Positions 9,945 through 23,234 of a stretch of 64,000 nucleotides of DNA are shown in pieces. The position numbers were made by a program, and so were the translations under genes. The notes below the pieces were generated by a model. The model saw only the letters and a program-made list of their open reading frames with translations. It was not told the origin of the DNA and did not search any database. Origin of the DNA: Spirochaetia bacterium (lineage in GTDB: Bacteria; Spirochaetota; Spirochaetia; SZUA-6; Bin103); assembly GCA_965208575.1 (NCBI GenBank), contig CBDBOV010000001.1, positions 64,001 through 128,000 on the forward strand, read 5' to 3'. Position 1 is the first letter of the stretch. Each line of letters opens with the position of its first letter.

Positions 9945-10451
9945 CTAGCGGACGCTGGCGACGTCGCCCGCGACGTTGGCGCGGCTGTCCGGCGCGCCGG
10001 CGGGATGCGCGGACACCGCGGCGCCGGGGTGCACGGCGCCGGGCCGGCGCACCCGGCAGGTCACTCCGCCGCGCCACTGCGGCGTCAGGGCGGCACGCAG
10101 GCCGCCGCACGCCTCCTCCATCCGCTCGCACGGCGCCGTCTCGCCGGTCACCTCCAGTTCCACCTCGCCGATGCGCAGCAGACCCGCCACGGCCAGGTCG
10201 ACGCCGCTGACCAGCAGGTTCGCCCGCCGCGTCGTCCACGGCAGCTCGGGCCGGCCCACCTCCCGGCACGCCGCCTGCCACGACTCCAGGCTCAGCACCG
10301 TCACCTGCCGCCGCCCCGGGCGGCCGCGGAAGTCGTCCGCAACGCCGCCCTCCCGCGTCACCTCGGCCGCGGCCAACTCCTGCATCGTGCCGCGCGAGCG
10401 GTGCCGCACGGCGATCGCCAGCAGCCGCGGCCCCTGTTCCGCCATAGCCAT
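9945..10451 (-). CDS. MOSC domain protein
   Basis: RQVTVL, RRANLLVSG, ETAPCERM, WRGGVTCRV. Confidence 0.85.
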   Translation of the reverse strand: MAMAEQGPRLLAIAVRHRSRGTMQELAAAEVTREGGVADDFRGRPGRRQVTVLSLESWQAACREVGRPELPWTTRRANLLVSGVDLAVAGLLRIGEVELEVTGETAPCERMEEACGGLRAALTPQWRGGVTCRVRRPGAVHPGAAVSAHPAGAPDSRANVAGDVASVR

Positions 10452-10506
10452 GGCCTACGCTACCACGCTGACGGCCGCGCGGTCACCTGCTACACTCGGC
10501 AGCCCA

Positions 10507-10725
10507 GTGCATCGCCTCGAGGTAAACGCCACCATCAACCTGCTCAAGGAGCACGGCCTGCTGCCGCCCGACCACGACGCCCCGCCGTCCGTGAACGATC
10601 TCATCGCGCACGTGTACGACGCCTGCGCACGCAACGGGGTGCGCCGGTCCGCCCTGCGCCGCGAGGTCGAGGCGCTGTGCCGCGAGCACCTGCGCCCGGA
10701 CGGCGTCCCGCCGCTCTCCCTCTGA
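10507..10725 (+). CDS. Small hypothetical protein (72 aa)
   Basis: GTG start after TACACT -10-like box; coding-like codon bias. Confidence 0.5.
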   Translation: MHRLEVNATINLLKEHGLLPPDHDAPPSVNDLIAHVYDACARNGVRRSALRREVEALCREHLRPDGVPPLSL

Positions 10726-10758
10726 CCCGACCAACTGCCGGAACGAAGTGCCGGCATC

Positions 10759-10901
10759 GCCGGAACGGAACGCCGGCCCGCCGGAACGGAGCGCCGGCCC
10801 GCCGGAACGGAGCGCCGGCCCGCCGGAACGGAACGCCGGCCCGCCGGAACGGAACGCCGGCCCGCCGGAACGGAACGCCGGCCCGCCGGAACGGAACGCC
10901 G
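10759..10901. repeat. Intergenic tandem repeat, 21-bp unit GCCGGAACGGA(A/G)CGCCGGCCC, about 6.8 copies
   Basis: Directly readable contiguous units, each containing the inverted repeat GCCGG...CCGGC. Confidence 0.95.
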
Positions 10902-10953
10902 CGTTGCTGCCGCCGCGAGGGCGCCCCGACCTTGCTGTGCACCCGGCGAATGG

Positions 10954-11805
10954 TCAGTCCCGGTCCGTCGGCCGCTGCTCCGGCTCAAGCCCCGGCTCCG
11001 GCATGAAGCCGGATTGCAGGAAGCCGCCGTCGATCGGAATCGCGGCGCCGTTGATGTAGTCGCCGCCGGGGCCGCACAGGAACGCCACCAGCGCCGCGAT
11101 CTCCTCGGGATACACCTCGCGCGGGATCGGCATGCGCTTGCGGCGCGACGCGCGCAGCGCCGGGTCGCGCGTGTACACCAGCGTGGTCATCGCGGTGGCG
11201 GCCACGCCCGGACACACCGTGTTCACGTTGATGCCGTAGCGCGCCCACTCCACGGCGAGCATGCCGGCGAGACTGTTGAGCGCCGCCTTGGAGGGGCTGT
11301 AGGCACCGCGTTCGGGGATCGGCGCCCACGCCCCGACCGACGACACGTACACCATGCGCCCGCCGCTGCCGCGCGCCACCAGGTGGCGGCCCACCGCCTG
11401 GCTGAACAGGAACGCGCCGGTCAGGTGACTGTCCAGGGCAGACCGCCACTGCGCCGCGCTCAGTTCCAGGGACGGCGCCTTGATGTTGTTGCCGGCGCAA
11501 TACACCAGCAGGTCGATCCGCTCGCAAGCCGCCACCGCGCCGCGCACCGCGGCCTGCACCGCCGCGCCGTCGGCCACGTCCACGGCCACCGCGTCATGTC
11601 CCGCACCCGGCAGCGCCGCCGCCACCGCGCGCGCCTGCTCCAGGTTCAGGTCCGCCACCACCACCGCCGCGCCCCGCCCGGCGAGCTCCCGGCACACCGC
11701 GCTGCCGATGCCGCCGGCGCCGCCCGGCACGATCGCGGCCCGGCCGGCCAGATCGCCGCCGTCCACTTCCCGGGTCCGCTCGGCGTCCGGTGCCGCGTTG
11801 CTCAC
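10954..11805 (-). CDS. Short-chain dehydrogenase/reductase (SDR)
   Basis: GGAGGIG, YSPSK, NTVCPG, IDGG; GTGA overlap with the upstream gene. Confidence 0.9.
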   Translation of the reverse strand: MSNAAPDAERTREVDGGDLAGRAAIVPGGAGGIGSAVCRELAGRGAAVVVADLNLEQARAVAAALPGAGHDAVAVDVADGAAVQAAVRGAVAACERIDLLVYCAGNNIKAPSLELSAAQWRSALDSHLTGAFLFSQAVGRHLVARGSGGRMVYVSSVGAWAPIPERGAYSPSKAALNSLAGMLAVEWARYGINVNTVCPGVAATAMTTLVYTRDPALRASRRKRMPIPREVYPEEIAALVAFLCGPGGDYINGAAIPIDGGFLQSGFMPEPGLEPEQRPTDRD

Positions 11806-12533
11806 CCGGTACCGAGGTGCCGGCCCAGGAACTGCACGGTGAGCGGCCACGACTCGGCCGCGGCCTCCGTGTGGTAGCGCGTCGGGTTGGTAAAGTCCAT
11901 GTAGCCGTGACCGGCGCCGGCGAAGCTCTCGAAGCGATGTTCCACGCCGTGGCGGGTCAGCTCGGCGTCGATGGCGTCGCGATCCTCCGGAGACGGGTTG
12001 CCGTCGCGGCCACCGAAGAAGCCGAGCACCGGGCAGGCGATCTCGCCGAGGCGGTCGAACGGCGCTGCGCCCTCCCCCCACGCCAGGCGCGTGTTGCCGC
12101 CGTAGAACGCCACCGCGCCGCGCAGCCGGTCGCTGGCCGCGGCCAGCAGGTACGCCACCCGCCCGCCCATGCAGAACCCCACCACCGCGACCGGCCGCCC
12201 CGTGCCGGCGGCGCCGCCGGCGCCGAGGTGGTCGAGCACGGCGTTGCAGTCGGCGACGATCTCGTCGTCGCGCAGCAGCGCCATCCGCTCAAGCGGTTGT
12301 TCAGGCGGCGGATCCTGGCGATGGTACAGTTCCGGAGCGGCCGCCACGAAGCCGGCAGCCGCCAGCCGCCGAGACATGCCCTGCACGAACTGGTCCACGC
12401 CGCCGGCGTGCTGGATCACCAGGACCGCGGGCGTATCGGGAGCGTCACCGGCGTCGTCCGGACGCGCCACGAAGGTGCGCATCGGAGCGCCATCGACCGG
12501 CAACGTCTGCCAGTCACTACTGTGGGCAATCAT
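11802..12533 (-). CDS. Dienelactone hydrolase family protein
   Basis: GFCMGG nucleophile elbow, AGHGY. Confidence 0.9.
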   Translation of the reverse strand: MIAHSSDWQTLPVDGAPMRTFVARPDDAGDAPDTPAVLVIQHAGGVDQFVQGMSRRLAAAGFVAAAPELYHRQDPPPEQPLERMALLRDDEIVADCNAVLDHLGAGGAAGTGRPVAVVGFCMGGRVAYLLAAASDRLRGAVAFYGGNTRLAWGEGAAPFDRLGEIACPVLGFFGGRDGNPSPEDRDAIDAELTRHGVEHRFESFAGAGHGYMDFTNPTRYHTEAAAESWPLTVQFLGRHLGTG

Positions 12534-12682
12534 GACAACATCATAGCGCGCCGCGCCGCCGCCGGCCATTGCCGCACCGCCCGATCCACCCGATCGCTCC
12601 GTTCGGGGCCGGCGGCAAACCGCGAAGAAAATCCTTGCACCAAGTGCGGCGCGCCGATTAACTTGTGATCCGTTTTAGCCAC

Positions 12683-14170
12683 ATGATCGGTATCGGACTC
12701 GATTTCGGCACGACCAATACCACGGTCGCCGTGGCCGATGGCGACCAGATCACGTATCTCACGCTCGATCCACTCGCCGTCCCGACCACGGTCATGCCCA
12801 CCGCACTCTACATACGCCGCACCATGGACCACACCGTGGGCAGCATCGCCATCGCCAGTTACCTCGGGGACAACGCCGGCCGCGTGGTACGCCTGCGCAA
12901 GATCGACATCGGCGCGATCGCCATGACCGTCAACGCCAGCGATGGCGGCAGCGCTCCCGGCCACTCGGAGGGAGACGCCGTCGAGGTCGCCGTGCGGGTA
13001 CGCGGCGACGACGACGCGGAACTGCCCGGGCGGCTGTTCCGCGGCCTCAAGAGCTATCTCGGCATCCGCACCCACGAACGCTTCAAGGTGTTCCACCGCC
13101 AGTTTCGCACCGTCGCCCTCGTCACCCTGATCCTGTCCGAGATTCGCCGCTCCGTCGAATCCTCGGGCCGCACGCTCGACGGCGGCCTGCACATCGGCCG
13201 CCCGGTGCGCTTCGTCGGCGATGACGACGCCAACGCCATCGCCATGGCGCGCCTCGAGGAAGCGTGCCGCAACGCCGGCTTCAACGACTTCACGTTTTAC
13301 CCGGAGCCGGTGGCGGCCAGCCTCAGCTACCTCCATGCCCGGCGCATGGCGAAGCCCGACGAGGCGAGTTCCGCACCCGCCCGGCGCGGCCTGCTCGCGG
13401 CCGCCAACGACGCCCGCCGCCGCGGCGAAGCGCAGCTTCTGCTCACCTTCGACTTCGGCGGCGGAACGCTGGACCTGTGCCTCCTGGAGAGCCGCGACGG
13501 GATGTTCCGGGTGCTCGGCACGGAGGGCCTGCCGCTCGGCGGCAACCGCATCGACCAGCTCATCATCAAGCGCCTGGTGTTTCCGGAACTGGGCGAGGGC
13601 GCGCCGATCAAGAGCGCCCAGCACCTCCGTCACGCGGACACGGTGTTCCCCTTCTACCGATTCGCCGACTACCTGCTCAACTGGCAGATGGCGTACATGA
13701 TGAATCAGCCCGACCTGATGGACACGTTGTTCGCCGGCATCCGGTCGGGGCCGGACCAGCAGCGCAAGCTGGGGCGGCTGTGGCGCCTGGTGCGCGGCAA
13801 CTACGCGTACGCCCTGCTGAACGCCACCGAACGCGCCAAGGCGCGCCTGTCGGAGAAGGAGCAGACGGCGATCGCCCTGCCCGACATCGAGCTGGAGGTG
13901 CCGTTCGACCGCCCGCGCCTGGAGCAGATCCTGGAGCCGGTGGTGGAAGAGATCGGCGCCGCGGTCGCCACCCTGCTGAACAAGACGCGGGTAGCGTCCG
14001 ACCAGATCGACCGCGTGGTGTGCACCGGCGGATCGTCGCAGCTCCTGCCGGTGCAGGCGCGGCTGGAGGAGCTGTTTCCCGGCCGCATCGAGCGCTTCGA
14101 CTTCTACCGCAGCATCGCCGGCGGACTCGCCCTGGCGAGCGCACGCGGCTACCGGCACGACCTGCCGTAA
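12683..14170 (+). CDS. Hsp70-family protein (YegD-like)
   Basis: GLDFGTTNT, GRPVRF, EPVAA, DFGGGTLD, TGGSS; no DnaK substrate-binding domain. Confidence 0.85.
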   Translation: MIGIGLDFGTTNTTVAVADGDQITYLTLDPLAVPTTVMPTALYIRRTMDHTVGSIAIASYLGDNAGRVVRLRKIDIGAIAMTVNASDGGSAPGHSEGDAVEVAVRVRGDDDAELPGRLFRGLKSYLGIRTHERFKVFHRQFRTVALVTLILSEIRRSVESSGRTLDGGLHIGRPVRFVGDDDANAIAMARLEEACRNAGFNDFTFYPEPVAASLSYLHARRMAKPDEASSAPARRGLLAAANDARRRGEAQLLLTFDFGGGTLDLCLLESRDGMFRVLGTEGLPLGGNRIDQLIIKRLVFPELGEGAPIKSAQHLRHADTVFPFYRFADYLLNWQMAYMMNQPDLMDTLFAGIRSGPDQQRKLGRLWRLVRGNYAYALLNATERAKARLSEKEQTAIALPDIELEVPFDRPRLEQILEPVVEEIGAAVATLLNKTRVASDQIDRVVCTGGSSQLLPVQARLEELFPGRIERFDFYRSIAGGLALASARGYRHDLP

Positions 14171-14453
14171 GCGTGCCGTCCCGCGGGTTCCCCTTTCACG
14201 CCTCCGGTGCGCGCGTGGTGAGGCCATCTGCAGCGCCGGCACCGGAGCGCTCCGCCGGCCGGCGGCCGCCGCCAACGCGCAGCGCCGCGCCCGCGCTACC
14301 GGCGATGGCCGCCACCAACGTACGCGCCACGCCTGCCGCGGCCGCGCCACCGTGCCGCGGCGACCGCCTCGGGCGGCCGCTCCCGACGACCGCCGCGCAG
14401 CATCGCCCGGCGATGCTGCCGCACCCGACGGCCGCCGCGCCGACGGCCGGCCG

Positions 14454-15212
14454 GTGACGGTCACCGCCGTCCGCACCCCGCTGATCCGCCCCGGCTGCGA
14501 CCTGGCGGCGGTGCTCGCGGCCAGCCTGCCGGCCCCGCTGCCGGACCGCTGCGTGCTGGTGGTCGCCACCAAGGTGGTCAGCATTGCCGAGGGCCGCCTC
14601 ACCGGGCGCGCCGGCGACCGCGCCGCGCTGCACGACCTGGTGCGGCGGGAGGCGGAGTACTACCTGGAGCCGCATGCCTCGCGCTACGACATCATGCTCA
14701 CCATCAAGCGCAACTGGATGTTCGTGAACGCCGGCATCGACCAGTCCAACGCCGCCGGCCACCTGGCGCCCTGGCCGCGCGACCCGCAGCGCAGCGCAGG
14801 CGAGCTGTGGCGCCGGCTGCGCGAACATGCCGCCGGTGCGCGCCGCCTCGGCGTGATCCTCGCCGACTCGGGCGGCATCCCGCTGAACTGGGGCGTGGTC
14901 GGCCGCGGCATCGCCCACTGCGGCTTCGTCGCGCTGCGCGACTATACCGGCACCCCCGACCTGCACGGCCGCACGATGAGGATGGAAAAGACCAACCTGG
15001 TGCAGTCGATCGCCGCCGCCGCGGTGCTGGAGATGGGCGAGGGCGCCGAGCGCACCCCGGTCGCGGTGGTGGAGCAGGTAGGCCGCCTGCACTTCCAGGA
15101 CCGCGAGCCCACCGCCGCCGAACTGGCGGCCCTGCGCATCAGCCTCGAAGACGACGCCTACGCCCCCATCCTCCGCTCCGCCCCCTGGCAGCGCGGCGCC
15201 GGCGGCTCCTAG
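14454..15212 (+). CDS. CofE-like gamma-glutamyl ligase (resembles the FolC2 folate subfamily)
   Basis: KVVSIAEG, NAGIDQSN, WPRDP, GVILADS, MGEGAERTPVAVV. Confidence 0.8.
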   Translation: MTVTAVRTPLIRPGCDLAAVLAASLPAPLPDRCVLVVATKVVSIAEGRLTGRAGDRAALHDLVRREAEYYLEPHASRYDIMLTIKRNWMFVNAGIDQSNAAGHLAPWPRDPQRSAGELWRRLREHAAGARRLGVILADSGGIPLNWGVVGRGIAHCGFVALRDYTGTPDLHGRTMRMEKTNLVQSIAAAAVLEMGEGAERTPVAVVEQVGRLHFQDREPTAAELAALRISLEDDAYAPILRSAPWQRGAGGS

Positions 15213-15226
15213 CCGGCTCGATCCCG

Positions 15227-15766
15227 TCAGCCGGACGCAGCCCAACGACCGTACTCGGTACAAGCTGCCACGAGGGAGTCTGGTGCAGGCTGCCGAAGCT
15301 CGTTTCTTCTGCACATATCGACGAGGGTATTGACATGACGGGCGCAGTCGCTTTCGCGTGGCAAGCGAGGGTAATCGCGTTTCGATTCATCGACGGTCGT
15401 ACCTTCAAGATATTTCAGCCAAGTCTCGATCCTCCACGTCGGCACAAACAAGAGTACGCTATCCGGCCGTTTAACGAGGCCGTGCTTTTTGCAATGAGAG
15501 TCGAACTGGGCGACACGCCTACGAACGCCTCGGTCATCGCCGTCAACCATCACCATCAGAGCTTGTGATACGTGCCTACTCCGGTGTTCCCTGAGTTCCG
15601 TTCCGAAGCGGTTTCGTACGAATTGCTCTGCAGATCCATCCGCCGGTCCAGCCATCTGTATTCGGGCCTGATGGTCTCGCCATCCCATCTTCAGGAGGAA
15701 GCGCCGAACGAACACGCGGTGCTGCTTGTCCTCACAAAGCAACACGATCTGGACTCGTCGACTCAG
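15227..15766 (-). CDS. Toprim-like/DUF4276-like partner of the upstream ABC-type ATPase (probable CTG start; alternative GTG at 15745)
   Basis: SRRVQIVLLCED, MVDGD, WRIETW; start overlaps the ATPase stop (CTGA); lower GC than flanks. Confidence 0.6.
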   Translation of the reverse strand: MSRRVQIVLLCEDKQHRVFVRRFLLKMGWRDHQARIQMAGPADGSAEQFVRNRFGTELREHRSRHVSQALMVMVDGDDRGVRRRVAQFDSHCKKHGLVKRPDSVLLFVPTWRIETWLKYLEGTTVDESKRDYPRLPRESDCARHVNTLVDMCRRNELRQPAPDSLVAACTEYGRWAASG

Positions 15767-16890
15767 CTTTCCCAGCCTCGGGCGAATAACTCGGACAACT
15801 GCAGACCATTATCGGTCCCGTTGGAAGCGTTCTTCAAACTATGGGTGGTAATGATGCCAGATGCGTCGCGCAGAAACAGAACGCCGTTGTCGCGGCCGAG
15901 GTAGTCGATCAACTCCGGATGATGAGAGCTGATCACAGCTTGCATCAAAGTATCCCCGCAGGCGTCCTCCAGGCCCATCAGTCAGGGCTGAATCTCCCTT
16001 AGTGCAACATAATTCTCTGGTTCGTCGAGGAACAAAGTGTAGCCCTGGTCTCTCGCCATGTGAATCAGGCCATATAGCAACACGAGGCCCCGTTGGCCGT
16101 CAGATAATTCATCGAACCGCAGCTCGTATCGAGTGTGGGAGTTCGCCTGTTCTACAAACCCGACCATGAGAGCGCGTGTCTCATGGCCGACCTTCTCCAA
16201 TCTGACCTCGTCGAACCCAGCTCCGATAGCGTCCCGAAGGGTGCGTGTATAATCCGTCACGAGACCGGGGTGCTCCTGAAGCCCGTGCCTATACCAGTCA
16301 GCAAAGTTGTGACCATCACGTGCCAATAATGCAGCTTCATCGGCCGATACAGTGTGGAAGTGCGGCGGGTGGGGACTGCACACCAACACCTTTCTCATGA
16401 AATCGAGGAAACTGGTAAGTCGAATATTGTCGTGACGGGAAGCAACACGAGCCAAAGCTGATTCCGAGCAATCGACAGAGTAACTTGGTCCCTTGGAGTG
16501 GTCGTCGCGGTAGAGCTGAACCTCGCCCTCCTTACATTCGAACAACGGTTTCCCCTCCAGGAGCAACCGCTCAGCATGAATCCGGGCACGTCTCGTGGCT
16601 CGTTCATGGTCAATTTCGAGATGATGGGTGAACATATCCGAATTCAGCAGTACCTGGATCTCGAAGACTTGCCGGTTACGACTCTGCCACCGAGTGAGAG
16701 TCTCGGTAGGAAACGTGTCCCGATCGGCGACCCTCGCGTCGCCCGAGAGCAGACGCCGCAATGCGAACATGATGTCGAGTATCGAGGACTTCCCTACTCC
16801 GCTTGGACCCAGGAGCAAGGACAACTCCCCGAGAGGCAAGTCAAAGTTGACGAGGCACCGATAGTTGTCGACGAACAACCTGGTGATCAT
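15763..16890 (-). pseudogene. AAA_21/ABC-type ATPase interrupted by one in-frame TGA at 15982-15984
   Basis: GPSGVGKS, LSDGQ, LFLDEPE, then EIQP*LMG continuing in frame to SSHHP...ARGWES. Confidence 0.8.
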
Positions 16891-16931
16891 TGAGGCATGT
16901 ACCCTGAATCAATCATAACACACATTTCGGA

Positions 16932-17432
16932 TCAGGCATCGTCGGAGTGCAGTTCTTTGTCCGGGAGGCGGCGGCGGAGGTGGTCGGAGAGGGATTCACC
17001 GGCGGCGAGCTCGACGTCGGTGGCGGGGATGCGGCGCTGCAGCTCTTCGCCGAGCAGGGTGAAGTTCTCGAACTCGCGCGACACGGTCATCAGCCGGTCG
17101 TCCTTCTCCACGTATACGTAGAGCAGTTCCATGCCGTTCGCGGCGCGCGCCGTGCCGGCGAAGGTGACCTCGTCCCACGGGTGCCGGTGGGTTTCCTCGC
17201 CGAACTCGCAGATGGTCACGCCGCCGTCGTCGGCAGCCACGTAGCTCGCGAGGTGCTTCACGATGAAGCGCACGATGCGGTAGGCGATGTAGCCCGCCAG
17301 CAGCAGGGCAACGAGGCCGACGACGACCTGTACCAGGATCGTCACCAGCAGCGCGCCGGCCACCAGGGCGGCAACCACGGCCACCGGTATCAGCGCGCGC
17401 GGGTTGGAGCGCAGCGTCATGTGCGCCTTCAT
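16932..17432 (-). CDS. Hypothetical membrane protein (2 TM + soluble domain)
   Basis: Two N-terminal hydrophobic helices; GC3 bias. Confidence 0.7.
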   Translation of the reverse strand: MKAHMTLRSNPRALIPVAVVAALVAGALLVTILVQVVVGLVALLLAGYIAYRIVRFIVKHLASYVAADDGGVTICEFGEETHRHPWDEVTFAGTARAANGMELLYVYVEKDDRLMTVSREFENFTLLGEELQRRIPATDVELAAGESLSDHLRRRLPDKELHSDDA

Positions 17433-17623
17433 GATGGGCGACCCCTCACGCCGGCACCATAGGCGCCCGGCGCGCCCGCGTCAATTCCGCACCTCCCGGT
17501 AACTCAAGGTAGGGGCATTCGTTGACTGCACCGGACGATGCCCATACTTTAGGGCCGACCCACTCCTGACGCCGCCTGAGCGGGCGCAGCAACGAGTGGA
17601 CCAACCAGCACTGCGAGGCACCA

Positions 17624-19909
<2,286 letters not shown>

Positions 19910-20662
19910 CGCCCGGCGGCGGAGCCGCCGCGAGCAGGTAGCCCTCGCCGCGCACCGCGGTGATGGTAGGGGCGCCGCCGTCGCCGCCGTCGCCGCAGGC
20001 GATGCGGGTCTTGCGGCGCAGCGCGGCCACGTGCACGTCGATCGCCCGGCTGCGCCCGGCCGGCAGCCGGCCCCACAGGCGGTAGAACAGCGCCTCGCGG
20101 CTGGTCACCCGGCCGGCATTGTACAGCAGCATCTTGAGCAGCCGCGCCTCCGCCACCGACAGGGCGACCGCGCCGCCGGCGCCGTGCAGGGTGGTGCCGT
20201 GCAGGCGCATGCCGTCGCCGGCAGCGTGCGCGACCCCCGGCAACGCGGCCGCATCCCGGCGTTCCAGCCACAGTTGCACCCGCAGTTGCAGCTCGGTGAG
20301 GGACCACGGCTCGCGCAGATAGTCGACGCAACCGCGCAGGAACGCGGGCGCGAGTCCCTGCTCGTTGCCGTAGGCGAGCACCGGCAGCGCCAGCCGGCCG
20401 CCTCCGCCGAGCAGGGTGTTGACCGCGGCGGCGGGAACGATGAACAGCGCGGCGTCGCGGCTCGCGTCGAACTCGCGGCTCACCAGGAGCTCGAAGCCGC
20501 GTCCGTGGCGCCGCGGCGCAGCGCGCAGCCGCCGCAGGCGCACCTCCAGCGCGGGATCGTGGCCCACCACGAACAACACGCGCGGCAGGCCGGAGGAACC
20601 GCTCATCGGCGCGCCGTTCGGCTGTCGTCGGGCAGTCGGGCTGCGAGCCTGCCGTCCGCCGC

Positions 20663-21373
20663 CTACGGCGCGGCGGCGCCGGGAGTGCTCTTGTCCTCGA
20701 TCTGGCGCATCTTGGACTTCAGGTCCTCAAGCATCCGGTCGGCGCCCCCGCCGGACTCCAGTTCGCGGAACTGCTCTTCGAGCTGCGCGTCGCCGGCATC
20801 GATCTGCGCCAGCTCGTCGGTGGCCTCCGCGTGCGCTTCCGCCTCCTCCACCTTGGCGGCCATGCGGTCGAAGGCGTCGAACGCGGAGGTGTTGCCGGTG
20901 GCGCTGATGGTGGCCTGGATGCGCTGCTGCGCCTCCGCCCGCTTGGCGCGCGCGATCAGCAGGTTCTTCTTGCGGCTGGCCTCTTCGATCTTCTGCTGCA
21001 GTTGCCGCAGCGAGTCCTTGAGCTGTTCCACCGAGGCGTGCTGGGCGTCGTACTGCTCCTGGTAGCTGGCCACGTATTCGGCATGTTCCTGCTTGCGCAC
21101 CAGCGCCTGCTTGGCCAGGTCGTCCTTGCCGGCGCGTACCGCGTCCATGGCGCGCTGCTCCCAGACGTCGGCGTTGCGCCGCTGCTCCAGGAGCTGCCGC
21201 TGCAGCCGCTTCTCGTCGGCGATCGCGGATGCCACGCTCTTCTTGGACTCGATGAGCTGCTCGTTCATCTCCACGATCAACTGGTTGAGCATCTTCTCGG
21301 GATTCTCGGCCTTGGTGATCATGTCGTTGATGTTGGAGCGCACCACGCGCCGGAAACGGTCGAACAGTCCCAT
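20663..21373 (-). CDS. pspA: PspA/IM30 family protein
   Basis: MGLFDRFRRVVRSNIN...AENPEKML, DDLAKQAL, FDRMAAKV coiled coil. Confidence 0.92.
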   Translation of the reverse strand: MGLFDRFRRVVRSNINDMITKAENPEKMLNQLIVEMNEQLIESKKSVASAIADEKRLQRQLLEQRRNADVWEQRAMDAVRAGKDDLAKQALVRKQEHAEYVASYQEQYDAQHASVEQLKDSLRQLQQKIEEASRKKNLLIARAKRAEAQQRIQATISATGNTSAFDAFDRMAAKVEEAEAHAEATDELAQIDAGDAQLEEQFRELESGGGADRMLEDLKSKMRQIEDKSTPGAAAP

Positions 21374-21771
21374 CAGGTGACCTCCACGGTGTCACGATAC
21401 CCGGCCAGCTTCCGGTAGTGTTGCGCCAGCTCGAGTCCGATGGCATCCAGGGTGGCCTGGAACTCCTCGAGGTCGAGGGTGGCTCCCACCAGCGTGTTGA
21501 GCAGGATCACGTCGTCGCCCTCCAGTGCGTAGGCGCCGTGGATCATGTCGGACTGGTTGAGGCGCAGGAGCTGCTCGAAGAATTCCTCGCGCTGCTGGGC
21601 GGGAATTGCCATGACCTTGACGCGGATGATCACCACCGGATCGGCGAGAATGACCAGCACGTTCTCCAGGCCCTTCTCGTCGTCGTTGATCAGCCACGTG
21701 CCGTCGTCCACCGTCTCGTAAGTTAGGGAGAGCGAGAGCATATAGCCCTCGATCTTTGCCGATTCTATCAT
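21373..21771 (-). CDS. CesT/YbjN-like chaperone-fold protein
   Basis: Acidic 132 aa with LLRLN...HGAYAL...LDLEEF; TGATG coupling to pspA. Confidence 0.8.
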   Translation of the reverse strand: MIESAKIEGYMLSLSLTYETVDDGTWLINDDEKGLENVLVILADPVVIIRVKVMAIPAQQREEFFEQLLRLNQSDMIHGAYALEGDDVILLNTLVGATLDLEEFQATLDAIGLELAQHYRKLAGYRDTVEVT

Positions 21772-21815
21772 GTGGGTTAATCCGTCCTCAGTATAATGCC
21801 GGCGGCCCGGACCGG

Positions 21816-23036
<1,221 letters not shown>

Positions 23037-23234
23037 CGATGGACACGGTATTTATTGACTACGTGTCGGACAATAAGCGGAGCGCACTTGCTTCCTGTAC
23101 GGTGCAATACTTCCTGAATCGGTCCCGAATCTTGACGGCGATTCCCGAGTCGCGTAGCATGGTGCCGAGGCAGCGGGCGGTTCAGGCGTCCTGGGCAGGC
23201 CACCTGGGCCGGAAGCGGCGCCGCAGGTGGCGGT

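Noticed and set aside
10759-10901. Possible CRISPR array
   Set aside because: Units are contiguous with no unique spacers, and there are no cas genes in the window
15982-15984. TGA recoding (Trp or selenocysteine) as an alternative genetic code
   Set aside because: Many genes here end in TGA at the expected family C-terminus, and the position corresponds to Trp rather than Cys; nonsense mutation or error is simpler
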